From NCBI RefSeq assembly GCF_000400465.1, contig NW_008806288.1, forward strand, positions 90,001-122,000: a stretch of 32,000 bases of DNA, given 5' to 3'. The stretch comes from Wallemia ichthyophaga EXF-994. Taxonomy: Eukaryota > Fungi > Basidiomycota. The translations under genes were made by a program, and so were the position numbers. Every line of letters begins with the position of its first letter. Positions within the stretch are counted from its first letter, which is position 1. Shown here piece after piece: positions 20,866 through 32,000 of this stretch. The notes beneath the pieces were generated by a model. The model had not been told where the DNA came from. It did not search any database and worked only from the letters and a program-made list of their open reading frames with translations.

Positions 20866-21712
20866 ATGGCAAATAAAACATTCAAGCAGGCTTCTTCGAT
20901 TCACGGTAGGAATCCCCAGGTATTTCCTTTCATTCTTGTCTTTTCCCTGTACTCATATACCCTCTACAGCACCTAATAGAGAATGTTATCAGACAGAGAG
21001 TCTACGAGAGCGCTTTTTGGAAAGAGCAATGTTTTGCTTTAACTGGTTGGTCTTTTTTTACCCCAAAAACCATCCATTTTAACCCAATATCGAAGCTGAG
21101 ACTATTATTGACAAGGCCGTTGAAATGCAGTCCATTGGCGGTGTCTATGGTAATGCTAGACCACTGCCATTCATGTGTCTGCTACTCAAACTCCTCCAAC
21201 TTCAACCAGAGCGCGAAATCATCTTTGAGTATCTCCAAGCAGAGGAGTTCAAGTACTTGAGAGCTCTAGCTGCAATGTACACGCGGCTGTGCTTCAAGAG
21301 CTTTGAAGTGTTTGATATTCTCGAACCCTTGCTCCAGGATTACAGGAAGTTGCGCCTAAGGAATAACTCTGGATACCACATAACCCATATGGATCAATTC
21401 ATCGATGAGCTGCTTACTGAGGAGCGCGTATGCGATATTATCCTCCCTAGATTGACTAGAAGGGATGTCCTTGAAGAGGTTGAAGGGCTACCCAAGCGCA
21501 AATCACCACTCGATATTGGTGATGAGAATGAAGACCGTGAGAACGACGATGAGAGTGAAGACGAAGACGCAGACAGATTCGTTAGCAAATCTCCAAGCCC
21601 AGCTTCTGATAATGACGAACGCTTTGTGTCACGATCTCCCAGTGGTTCACCTCCACCAGACGACAAAGACCGATTTGTGTCACGCTCGCCATCTCCACCA
21701 TCCGACAGCTAA
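20866..21712 (+). CDS. PRP38: Pre-mRNA splicing factor Prp38
   Basis: MANKT..IHGRNPQ|HLIENVIRQRVYESAFWKEQCFALT|AETIIDKA..IGGVYG..PLPFMCLLLKLLQLQP..FKYLRALAAMYTRL; two introns. Confidence 0.95.
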
Positions 21713-22022
21713 CAGAGTGAAATCAATTCCGCCTGTATTATATCTTTTATATCTTATGTATCGACTGTACAAACGCGTAAAAACGCTTCCATTCAGAATC
21801 CTGTATTTATTGTTTATTCTGTTTATGGGCTAGTAGCTGTAACGTGTGACCCTTGACTTTTCCAGCCGATCTCCTCAGCCATCTCACACACCTTGAACCC
21901 GAACAAGCAAGACGCTTAAAATAAATATCGAAAATTACGCAATTGGATCGTATAGGAGATAACGTGTGTATCTAAGCGCTTCAATTCTATCTAATTTGCT
22001 CACAAAATCTCAGAATCTCAAC

Positions 22023-25000
22023 ATGGATTCGACTGACCAAACTAGTCGCGTTAACAAGCACACAGAAGCGCGCGAACATAACCAAGTGCCTATAAATGCC
22101 AGCTTTAACGACCCGATGGATTTCGATCCTGAAATCCCCGTAAGTTACCACCATCCTTACGAGACCAAATATCTAAAGCGGACAACAGCCAGCCGATACA
22201 CAAAATACGCAATCCACAAGCCATCCTCGCAATTCGATACGCAGAAATAAAAGCAAATCGTTTGCTGACCTTCCACCATCCCCAGCCACACACACTATAT
22301 CTTCCACGCTCAGACTCAATCAGAACCGAGGAGTAGAAGCCGAAGCAGAAGAACCACAACGGTCACCAGGATTTATACGCGCGCTTAACAGCCGAAAGTC
22401 TGAACATCACCGTGATACTTCTTCACGATCCAAATCCTCACATTCCCGTCCAGGTACACCGCCATCGAGAGGGTTCATAAGTGATGAGCACAAGCGCAAA
22501 AACAGGGCTAGCGTTGGTAGCAGATTCGCAGCTGAAGCTAAGCATTTCTTTCACGGTTCCTCTGGTGGTCATAGTCTGAGCCGCAACAGCCGCAGGAAAT
22601 CAACACCTGCAATCAAAACGACATCTATTAGCTCCAACTCCAATGGAAGTCCTTCTACAAGTCGCGATTCTACCTCCTTTTCCTCTTTAAGATCTAGGCG
22701 TAATAGCGCTAGTTCGGAGATATCTTCCATCCAATCCCACAAGGATGAATTCGGGCTCAGCAAGGATATCGATGTCCCGCCAGTACCGCGGATACCAAAA
22801 GATTTCAGCAACTTTCGCGGTACTGGTGGTGCTAGTGGTGCTAATGGTACAAATCCCTCAAATCGAAACAATGCAATCGGCTTACATTCGCAAGCCTCTT
22901 CATCTTCTGAAACGACAGCTATACCTTCACAAGATGCTGATTTAACAGTGCGCAATAAAAACATGCATAGTACTAGTAGACACGGCAGCTACTCTCCAAC
23001 ACAAGTAAACTGTAAGAACTTTACCCACACTCAAACACCCGTCAAACGACCATCGACTGTGCGCAGAATCACACCGTCATCCATACCTTTCTTCAGACGA
23101 TCATCATCTGCGCAAAACATTAATGCTCACTCTCTTCCCCACAACACCCCTCCACCCGTCCCTCCAATCTCACAAACGCACCTGGCGCAAAACTCTGTGT
23201 CTTCAGAAGACACGAATGGGACGACGCATTCGACACATTCGGCTACTTCAGCTCCTTCATCAACTGCAAAACCCTCACACAGAAAGAGTATGCTGGGGAT
23301 AGGGCTACCTTCACTTCTCAAACCAAGTTCATCCAGAAAATCGTTATCGAGCAGCAAACCAATATCGTCGGATGATTTGTCAGACAAGCAATCGAAGCAC
23401 AGTAGCGAGCAGTCGACATTCAGACGACGTCGCAACAGTCTTAGTGCAGCCATAATGGGCAGAAGGAGAGGTAAATCTATAGGATCTGGATCGGGAATGG
23501 GATCTGGTGAGGTGCCATCGGAGCCTGTGCCCAAGATCAAACCTGAGTACTTGGACCAAGAGAAGGAGGATAAGGACGAAGCCACAACACCCCTATCTTC
23601 ACCTGCAGCCCGTGACAGAAGAAGTAAAGCCTCTACTAATCACAACGCTAATGACGACACCAATATGTTACAGCAAAATAATTCTAACTCCAATTCTACT
23701 TCTAATTCTAATTCTACCTCAAATCGCACACTCTCAACCTCGATTGATCCGCAACACATCGACTCACAGTCCAGTCAAACTAGCCACGAAACTATACACC
23801 CAGATAATAAACGCGATCAGAAACCGGCTACGACGACGCGTATACCGAGAATATCGTCGAGCGTGCGCACACCCGGTATGCAATCGCAATCGCAATCACG
23901 CTCACCATCATCTGCTCCTGCTCCTGCTGCTACTCCTCACAAGGCGACGCTGACGGAAACGGCGCGAAAAGCGAGTGAAGGGTCTGTCTATTCGATCAAC
24001 ACGAGTAATACGAGCAACGCGAGCAGGAGTAAAATCTCCAACGGAGGTGAACCGGCAAACACAAGCACCACATCGACCACATCGGACTCTAATCGCGAAA
24101 TGCGCCGGCGAGTGGTGGACAAGTCACTCGAAGGCCAATCGAGAAGATTATCCAAGATGGCTATTGACGGCAGTAAGCGAGGAGCGCAAGGTGCGCGAGG
24201 TAAGGAAGAGAACACGATATCGTTGGTGAAGACCCCGCGCCAGGGCGCAGCCTATACCAAACAACCAACGTCGATACCAACGAGTGTGAGCTCATCCAGT
24301 GTAGCGTCAGCATCTAAGAACACACCAAGCAGCACGAGCACTCCAAAAATACGCAGCGTCGTACCGGCAGTGTCGTCGCGCTCTTCATCCAACACGCCCA
24401 TCACAGCTAAAGTGAAGCCGCCACGTCAGAAGGAGGACGAGGATTCAGCCGCTGCCGACGAAGAGATGCTCGCATACATTCGCCGCTCACAGGCTAGACG
24501 CCTCGCTGCTGGTGCTAAGCTGTCCGAGTTGGAGGCTATGCTTGCCTTCCCCGAGGACGTCCACCCCACACCACGCATGTCGCCGCGCGAAGCTGTCGCG
24601 CTTTACGGTGACAGCCTCTCGCCATACGAGCGCAATGAGATATCCAGCTTCAGGGACGTCTTCTTCGTCGGACAGTCGTCCAAAAAGCGTTTGGCAACTA
24701 AGGAGCGCAGCAGCAGCAACCATGGCTATGATGACGATAGAGGGGATTATGTCGTTATCAAGCATGACCACCTTCATTATAGATATGAAATTATCGGTAC
24801 TCTTGGTAAAGGATCGTTCGGACAGGTGCTCGAATGCCTAGATCACAAGACGGGCAAATCGGTCGCCATTAAAATTATTAGGAATAAGAAACGCTTCCAT
24901 CATCAGGCTTTGGTGGAGGTGAAGATTCTCGACAAATTGGTCGATTGGGTGGGTTGGAATATACCTCATCTTACAAATTAACACGGCAAACAGGATCCAG

Positions 25001-26158
25001 AAAACAAACACAACGTAATTATGAAGACTGAGCATTTTACCTTCCGTGGCCACCTCTGCATAGCTACTGAGCTGCTCAGCATCAACCTGTATGAGCTCAT
25101 TAAGGCCAACTGCTTCGCAGGGTTCACTACTGTCCTCATAAGGAGATTTGCTGGACAGATGCTGCATTCGTTACTGTTAATGAAGCAGCACAACGTCATT
25201 CACTGTGATCTCAAGCCAGAAAATGTTCTGCTCAGACACCCTGCCAAGTCTTCCATCAAGGTTATTGACTTTGGCAGCAGCTGCTTCGAGAATGAGAAGG
25301 GTGAGTAGGCGTTCTAGCTGAGTATCTGACTGACATTCTCCCTTTCTCCCTAGTGTACACTTACATTCAGTCGCGCTTCTATCGCTCCCCGGAAGTTATC
25401 CTCGGGATGGAATATACTGCTGCAATCGATATGTGGAGTTTCGGTGCAATTCTCGTCGAGCTCCACACGGGCTATCCAATTTTCCCTGGTGAAAACGAAC
25501 AGGAGCAGCTTGCGTGCCTGATGGAAGTGCTTGGCGTGCCAGACAAGTACATCATAGACAAGAGTTCACGTCGCAAAGTATTTTTTGGTGCGTCGATTTG
25601 AGCACTATTTTGTTTTCTAACACACCGCTAGACTCCACAGGCGCACCGCGACCAGTTGTCAACAGTAAGGGCAGGAGACGGCGACCAAACTCCAAGTCGA
25701 TCAAGTCAGTGCTCAAGAGTGACGACGAGCCTTTCGTGGACTTTATTACTAAGTGCCTGATATGGGATCCTGAGAGAAGGATCAAGCCAGCCGCGGCACT
25801 TAGACACCCCTTCATTACAGGCTTGCCGATGCCTAAACCGACGTCACCATCTATTGTGAGATCTGCAAGACGTCCGTCTACCGCACAACCTGCTTCTAAC
25901 GGTCACTCTTTTAAAGTACCTAATGGTACGGCGGCCGATAGCAAGAAGTCCATCATTTCAAATCCTACTCCTATGAACAGACACAAGGCATCGCACTCTC
26001 AGTCCTCAGCTAATACTAACGGTAGCTTCGGTGGTCATCTCAAATCGCCTAAGCTTGCCTCGATCTCTTCTACACCGAGACTGTTCAGATCTAAGATGAC
26101 GTCGTCGTCTACTCCATCCTCTAAAGTCAGCACTGTTTCGGCTACTTCAAAGTACTGA
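22023..26158 (+). CDS. Class II DYRK-family (DYRK2/Pom1-like) dual-specificity kinase with long disordered N-terminus
   Basis: DH-box-like [66 protein letters not shown]. First intron 22140-22188 joins ATG 22023 to the long open exon; further introns at 24949-24993, ~25281-25353 and ~25589-25632. Confidence 0.92.
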
Positions 26159-26298
26159 ATCTATAATCGCTTTCTTATCATTAATTTATAATGTTTACGG
26201 CTTTTGTAAAATGTTAAGAATATTTCATGTTTGATATATCTGTTTGTCAAACTCAACACAGGTAAAGTAATCACATTAGCAATAGCAAAACAAATAAA

Positions 26299-29059
26299 TT
26301 ACAAATAACTTAATGAGTTCCCTCCTAGAATACCCCAACTGTTATTGTTCTCTCCTGTGTCGAACAACTGGTCCATATTCAACTGCATGTTGCTATTGGC
26401 GAACATATCGTTAGCCTGCGGCAGATAACTTGTGTTAAAGTTGTTAAAGTCTATACTAAATGGCTGCTGTTGTTGTTGCTGAGGTGGATCATTGCTAGTA
26501 TTCGGTACTCCAAGAATACTCGTGTCATACTGACTACCTTCCTTGAATACACACTTGAGCAGATCATCAGTAATAACTTGATGATCAACCTTCTTGTTCG
26601 TGTCTTGAGCCATATTTATGTCGTTGTTGACCATAGCATACGTCTGCAGACTGTTTGGATGATAAGAGGCTTCGGGTAGATGGTGAGGCGTGGAGTGTGA
26701 GCTATTGGGCGAACTGGCTTTGGCTGCTTGACCTTCATCTGAAAGTTTCTTTACGAGGATCGATAAATCCTTAGATCTATTCCTTTTCCCACTATCACCT
26801 TCGTCGCCCAGTTTGCGCTTGAGATCGGGTTTCTGTCTCACTTCTTCTGCAAGTAGGCCTTCCAACAGAGATGCTGAGTGGTCAGCACCAGAGCTAAATG
26901 ATCTTGCTCCTTTGAGCATGTTAAGTGCGCTGCGGATTTCTTCTCGTTTCTGCATCGCGTCAAAACTCATAGGATCATCGTGGATGAGGTCAATGAATAT
27001 GACTATCGCACTAGCGAATGCATAGTAGGCACATATCCACCACCTCTCCAAGAATCCACTACGATCCGTCTGTCTAAGCACGGAGAGTGACGTCCTAGCT
27101 GCATCGACACATGTCTTCTTACTCTGCTCGTAGCTCTTGTGTCTGTATCCCTTTGATAAGAATGGTCGGTGGAGTCTCACAAGTCTCATCTGTGCTGACA
27201 GATTCAGCAGAGTTCTCTCCCATAAGAAAATCTGGTTCTTTTCTGGCGATAGTCCTAGCAACCGTACATCGAAATCCATTCGGTAAAAAGCAGGGAGCTG
27301 CTCAATTAGAGTTTTGATTTTATTGTCCTGTTTCATTGTAAATTCAAACGTTATATGGCCTGTCTCGTTAAATTCATCGACGATCTCCCGTACTGGCTCT
27401 AAGATGAGAAGACGTGTAAGCTGATACGTCATGCCGGTATAGACAGACATTGGCTTAGACTCTAATTTTTGACCTTCAACCAGATCATCGTCATCGATGT
27501 TGATCGGTAGACTGCATCTATTCTGGCAAGCTGATTCATTGTCAGGAATTGTTGAATAGGACAGCCCAATACTCACGATGTATTGTATAACTGTAATTAT
27601 GAGAAGCAGCCAAAAACCAGTCTAGCTGAACCAGATTCCACCAAATCCTTCGACCGACCTCGCGCGTAATAACACAAGACCACATACCAACCCAGCTAAA
27701 CTTTTTTGAACCCCTCGATTCAGGCGCTATAGCACCATCATGCGCCAAAGAATCTTCATCGCCAAGTCTTGATAGCCCAAGATTCTGTGCAATTTTTATA
27801 GCAGCACCTAGCAAAGAATGATGGGTAGATGAAGCATTGACGTTGTTCAGATAAAGACCCATGAGGACGATAGTTTGCAGATTATTCAAATTGTGGTTTT
27901 CGAGATAATCGCTTGCCCATAATGCTGCTCTACTTGCAGCGAAGTATAGAGCAGGTAGTGACTCATGTTCCTGAGGTGACAAGCCGGCGTTGACAGCCTC
28001 ATCGGCATCTGCGAAGTGTATTGCAGCACACAAAATCATCAAGTATAAGCCAAGAAATGCAGGTGCAATTTCCAAGCGTCCTCCCGTCGCGTGTGCCTCA
28101 TACTGGTTCCAAAAATTTTCCTGATCCTTCTTGAGAGTCGGTATATGCATGACTTTTTGGAAAAAGTCCACCTTGCGGATGTATATCGACATTAGCGCCT
28201 CGCCGACTTTTCTGCTAGGTAGCACAGAGAGGATGTTTCTCTGGTAGTTGTCGGCCGACGTCTCATTGCGTGCCAGCATAAAGTCAGGGGGATTAAAGGC
28301 GGGATTGAAGGTAGGTGCAGCAAAATTAACAGCATGTTTAGGACCCGAGCGGCCAGGGCATGTATTCGCCGATGCTTCATTATCTCCTTTGATTGCCGGA
28401 TTATTGATCGACTTAGCCGGTGATGCTGGCGTGCTGCCGAATTTTAGACGATCGTTATTCAGAGAAGACTTTTCCCTTCTACCGAAAGCAAAGTCCTCAA
28501 GAATCATTGCTGCTTCCTCCTCTTCAGAGTCATTTGATACAATTCCGGATCCCAATGGTCTCGTTTGTGTTGCATCAATCGCACCATGTCCTGAATCCTC
28601 TGATTTGATGGACTTACCTTTGCCTTTTGATGGTCTGCCTCGTCTGTTTTGTCCCTCGAATTTTGCCGGAGTGGCGCCAGAAGCCATTTCATGAGAAAGG
28701 GACAGGGATGGAGGTAAAAGAGTTGATTGAACGTTCTGAGGCAAAGCTTGCTGAGTTGTCCTTAAGGCGGCTTCCAAATGCAGTACTCGGTTAGTGAGCA
28801 TGTCCATTGACGTCGCAGATGCGCAGCCAGTCACAGATTCCTCGTGCTTTTGAACCTCCCTGCAGATAGCATCATCTCCTCTAGACTTGCAAGGTCCGCA
28901 AGGGAACACCCGATTGCTGGTTCCGCATAAGAGTTGCTCAAGTCATTTCAAGGCTACACACCATTTGATCTTCCGTCTGCGACACTCAGAGCAAGCCTGC
29001 ACTTGCCTCCTTCTCGATGCAGGCTGCTTGATCTCTGGCATTGATATTTCTGACGACAT
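26299..29059 (-). CDS. Zn(II)2Cys6 fungal transcription factor with fungal-specific TF middle homology region
   Basis: Intron 28917-28961 reconstitutes ACSECRRRKIKCNRVFPCGPCKSRGDDAIC. Later LGAAIKIAQNLGLSRLG, EVGRRIWWNLVQLDW, LPINIDDDDL, LVRLHRPFL; second intron near 27527-27575. Confidence 0.93.
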
Positions 29060-29315
29060 TTCGTGATGATGGCATATAGATAACGAAGCGTACGAGAAAG
29101 CTTCGTGGAAAAATACAACAAAAATTTACAGGGAATAAGGCCTGGACTCCGGGAAGGCTGTCTTTTGATAGATACTTAAATTTAATCTCTCGTACGCATA
29201 TCGACAAAGTGATCATGTATGAAATGCAAGATAATGAAATATTTAAATAAAGTTCCTGTTTTGTCCGTATATTTGTATGTCTGTATGTCCAAATGTCCGT
29301 TTTCCGGGTATAATT

Positions 29316-31244
29316 CTAGTTCCACATATTGAGCTTCTTTTCATCGGTTTCCTTTTTTCCCCTGAGATTTGGGTCCGTCTCATAGGCTAAATTGAGCGCC
29401 ATTTGACAGTCCTCGTCATCTTGATGCATCAGTGCATTTTTCACAGGTCCGGCCTCATCTGGATATTGATCCATGTATTGTTTCCAAGTTGTAAGATTTT
29501 TATCGGAGTAAGCATGAGGGTGGTTATGGATGTATGCTGCTGTTGGCATTTCTGGAGGATCACATCCAATCTTTATATCATTCTCTGGTTGGTACACTCT
29601 AACCCAATCAACCTTCATGACGTAATGGTTTTGCTCGGCAAAAATTCTCTCAGAGATCTGATCAAAGTTTTCGGATATAGCCAAGTTGAAGATGATGTAG
29701 AGTGGCTCATCCATGATAATTCTCTCGGATATAGCTGCTTCTGGATCTGGGCCAACTGCATCACCATATACCATCCAACGAAGTTCGTCGTCAACTGTCC
29801 ACCCGATATTTGCATCAGGCCCAGTTCCAGTATTGATCTGAACACCGTAATTACTAAATTCACCACCTGATAATTCATATGCGTTCTGATCCGTCTTGAC
29901 AACAACACTGGTACTCATTTGCTGATTACCACCTTGATAAGAATTGATCCTGTCAAAATGATCGTCTGGTGAGAGTGTCTCATTGTAATGAATAAACGTA
30001 ATGTTGAAGTCCCATTCGTAATTTACATTGAATGGACACCATTGTCCTGACATAGAAGCGGTACCAGTACCACCGTCTTGATCATTCGCATTGAAGTTAC
30101 TAACTTGCGCTTCAACAATATCGACCTCGTAGGCAGCACGACCCTTCCAAGTTCCATCTTCATGTTTGGGACCAGGGTGGTCTTCGTTTTCACAAGTGCA
30201 GCGCGAAAGCCGTTGCGGATTCGAATATGAAAGCGAAACCACCTTATCATTATAATTCGTGGCACCTTTCTTGTAAGACGCATCGGGATAATCGCCCAAG
30301 GTCTGATTTTGCAAGGTACCAACGTCACAGCTGTCATATGAATATGGCCACATGCCCTCAAGGGAGGCACCATAGCCCGCTCTGCCTATGTTGGCCATGG
30401 TCCAGAATGCTGGCCAAAGACCCCATACATCGGAGTATCCTGGCAACATAATTCTAGCAGAGACGTAACCACCCGTAAAACAAAATTTGTTCCAGGAGTG
30501 TACCATGGCACCAGCATAGTCGAGTCCGTGAGTGGTGAGATTGTCGGTAAATGGGCCACTTTCACTGAGAGTGAGCACGAGATTGCCATCATTCGTGGTT
30601 GCTTGACGAGGTGAATACCACTCGAGGTTATCGGTACCCCAATAGTGTAAATCTTGAGCTTCGAAGTAAGGATCTTCACCCTCGGCAAAGGTTCTGCCGT
30701 CTTGTTCAAACTCATCCGAGAAGACGAGCTGGTATTCGCGGGTGTCGTTACCAAAGCCTTGAATAGTGTACACATCTTTGGGAGTGTCTGGGTCAATCAA
30801 ATGTCTATTTGGCTTAGTCCATTCGACCTGGCCAGTAGAATTGAACTTTGCGTAGTTACTACTGGTAGAGGGATGAGGCTTGAACTCGTCGTAAATAGGA
30901 TAACCAGCGCTGGGATTTGGGTAAATAAAGCCTCCTGATAAGCTAAAAAGCGCTTACAAAAGCATCAAAAGGGCTGCTACAAGGACAGACAAAAGGCCCA
31001 AGTTGATTAATCCTCTGATGGTGAAAATGGAGCCAGTTGAAGCCTTAGCACCATCCCTGGAAGTTGGGTTGTGCAGATAGTCGTCTTCCTCGTTTTGCCA
31101 GTTCCGTGCACCCCAGTCATTAGGATTGGCGCTGAGTGGCCAAGTCAGCAGATGTCACTGCGCACAAAAGCTAACACACCTCATTTCAAACCGCTCAGAC
31201 TCTAAGTGGTTCATTGGCTCGTTGTTAAGCTTCTCGTAGCTCAT
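29316..31244 (-). CDS. Beta-1,6-glucan synthesis-associated protein KRE6/SKN1 (GH16 fungal subfamily)
   Basis: EEDDYLHNP, TM helix RGLINLG..LF|AGYPI, LIDPDTP, LVFSDEF, DLHYWGTDNLEWY, SWNKFCFTGG, WPYSYDSCDVGTL, catalytic-like YEVDIVE; two 5' introns. Confidence 0.93.
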
Positions 31245-31404
31245 TTACGGCTTCTCGTTTGTTGATGCTGGTAATAGTTTATTGAGCGGACGGTTGCAAA
31301 TTCCAACTAAATAAACTTAAAACAAAAAAGGAAGGCGATCATAGCGGCGAGATGTGAATTAAATTTAAATTTCATAATCATCAATACAAAAGAAAATGGG
31401 TTTT

Positions 31405-32000
31405 CTATATCGCTGCTGAAGTCTTGAGCTTGGGACTTGGGTTGAATTCAGTACCGATCTCCGTTGATGTTAGAGATCTAGGGGACTCCTCCAGGTCACC
31501 TTTTTCCAGTGTCTTCTTTGGCTTCGTTATGTAGGTAAACGAGACTATAATTGCTGTGATGAAGCACTCTACTATTATAACAGGCGGGTAGATCGCCAGT
31601 GTCGTCGCATCTGCCGCCTGAGATAGACAGAATGGCCCTAGTAGACTACCAAAGAGTGATGTAGCCATTACTATAGATGTGGCTGCATTCCTCAGTTCCC
31701 TAGGCCAGCATTCAGTCGCTGAAGATAGGGTGTTAGGCATTAGAGGTCCGAAGAAGAAGCCAATCAGCAGTGTCAGCACTACTATTCCCGCGATACCTTC
31801 CACCTTCCACAATCCAGCCATCAGCGCACATATGATTATGTACATTCCGAACGATGATCTGCGTTTGCCGATCTTTGCTGACACATGCGCAAGAGATAAA
31901 CGACCAAGTAGAATACCTCCCCAGAGTGAGGTGAGTACGTACTGTGGTAAACCATTGCTCAATCCTTTATGTGCATTGAGATAAGGGGCGAGCCATTGTG
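31405..32000 (-). CDS. Major facilitator superfamily transporter, C-terminal half; 5' end outside window
   Basis: Several TM segments, LWGGILLGRL, GFFFGPLMP, SLFGSLLGP, typical of MFS (fucose-permease/Bsc6-like) C-domains. Confidence 0.75.
   Translation of the reverse strand, partial: QWLAPYLNAHKGLSNGLPQYVLTSLWGGILLGRLSLAHVSAKIGKRRSSFGMYIIICALMAGLWKVEGIAGIVVLTLLIGFFFGPLMPNTLSSATECWPRELRNAATSIVMATSLFGSLLGPFCLSQAADATTLAIYPPVIIVECFITAIIVSFTYITKPKKTLEKGDLEESPRSLTSTEIGTEFNPSPKLKTSAAI

Noticed and set aside
2147-31244. Possible functional clustering (SLX9/BMT5/GAR1/PRP38 RNA processing; KTR/KRE6 cell wall; MET6 with a methyltransferase)
   Set aside because: The genes are interspersed with unrelated housekeeping genes, as expected by chance in a compact genome; no biosynthetic backbone enzyme is present.
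376-31984. Many short ORF-track entries antisense or out of frame to the main genes (e.g. 7426-8037, 8563-9012, 18481-18879, 22569-22964, 28248-28694, 29403-29870)
   Set aside because: They are shadow frames of well-supported CDSs and show no recognisable motifs.
1-32000. CRISPR arrays, rRNA, tRNA, transposase or retroelement ORFs
   Set aside because: No regularly spaced repeats, cloverleaf or T-loop motifs, rRNA signatures or RT/integrase/transposase motifs were seen.

Overview
Gene-dense fungal nuclear DNA with about 18 protein-coding genes, GT-AG introns mostly 44-55 nt, and intergenic gaps mostly under 200 bp. The compaction and protein character suggest a small-genome basidiomycete such as Wallemia (inference). 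In order: TVP38/TMEM41-like membrane protein (5' cut off), JMJD7-like JmjC oxygenase, KRE2/KTR alpha-1,2-mannosyltransferase, SLX9, an orphan HeH/AT-hook protein, a CREG-like FMN-binding protein, INO80, BMT5-like (DUF2431) rRNA methyltransferase, an orphan, VPS68, Hikeshi/OPI10, MET6, SDHAF4/SDH8, GAR1, PRP38, a class-II DYRK (Pom1-like) kinase, a Zn2Cys6 transcription factor, KRE6/SKN1 and an MFS transporter (5' cut off). No rRNA, tRNA, CRISPR or mobile element is supported. Three anomalies stand out. (1) The BMT5 stop overlaps the first INO80 ATG (ATGA), and a cryptic 110-nt intron would splice BMT5 in frame to INO80. (2) The mannosyltransferase has an in-frame TAG upstream of an intact conserved C-terminus. 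(3) The KTR and SLX9 start codons are head-to-head only 17 bp apart. All exon/intron coordinates were derived by hand and are unverified by transcript data.
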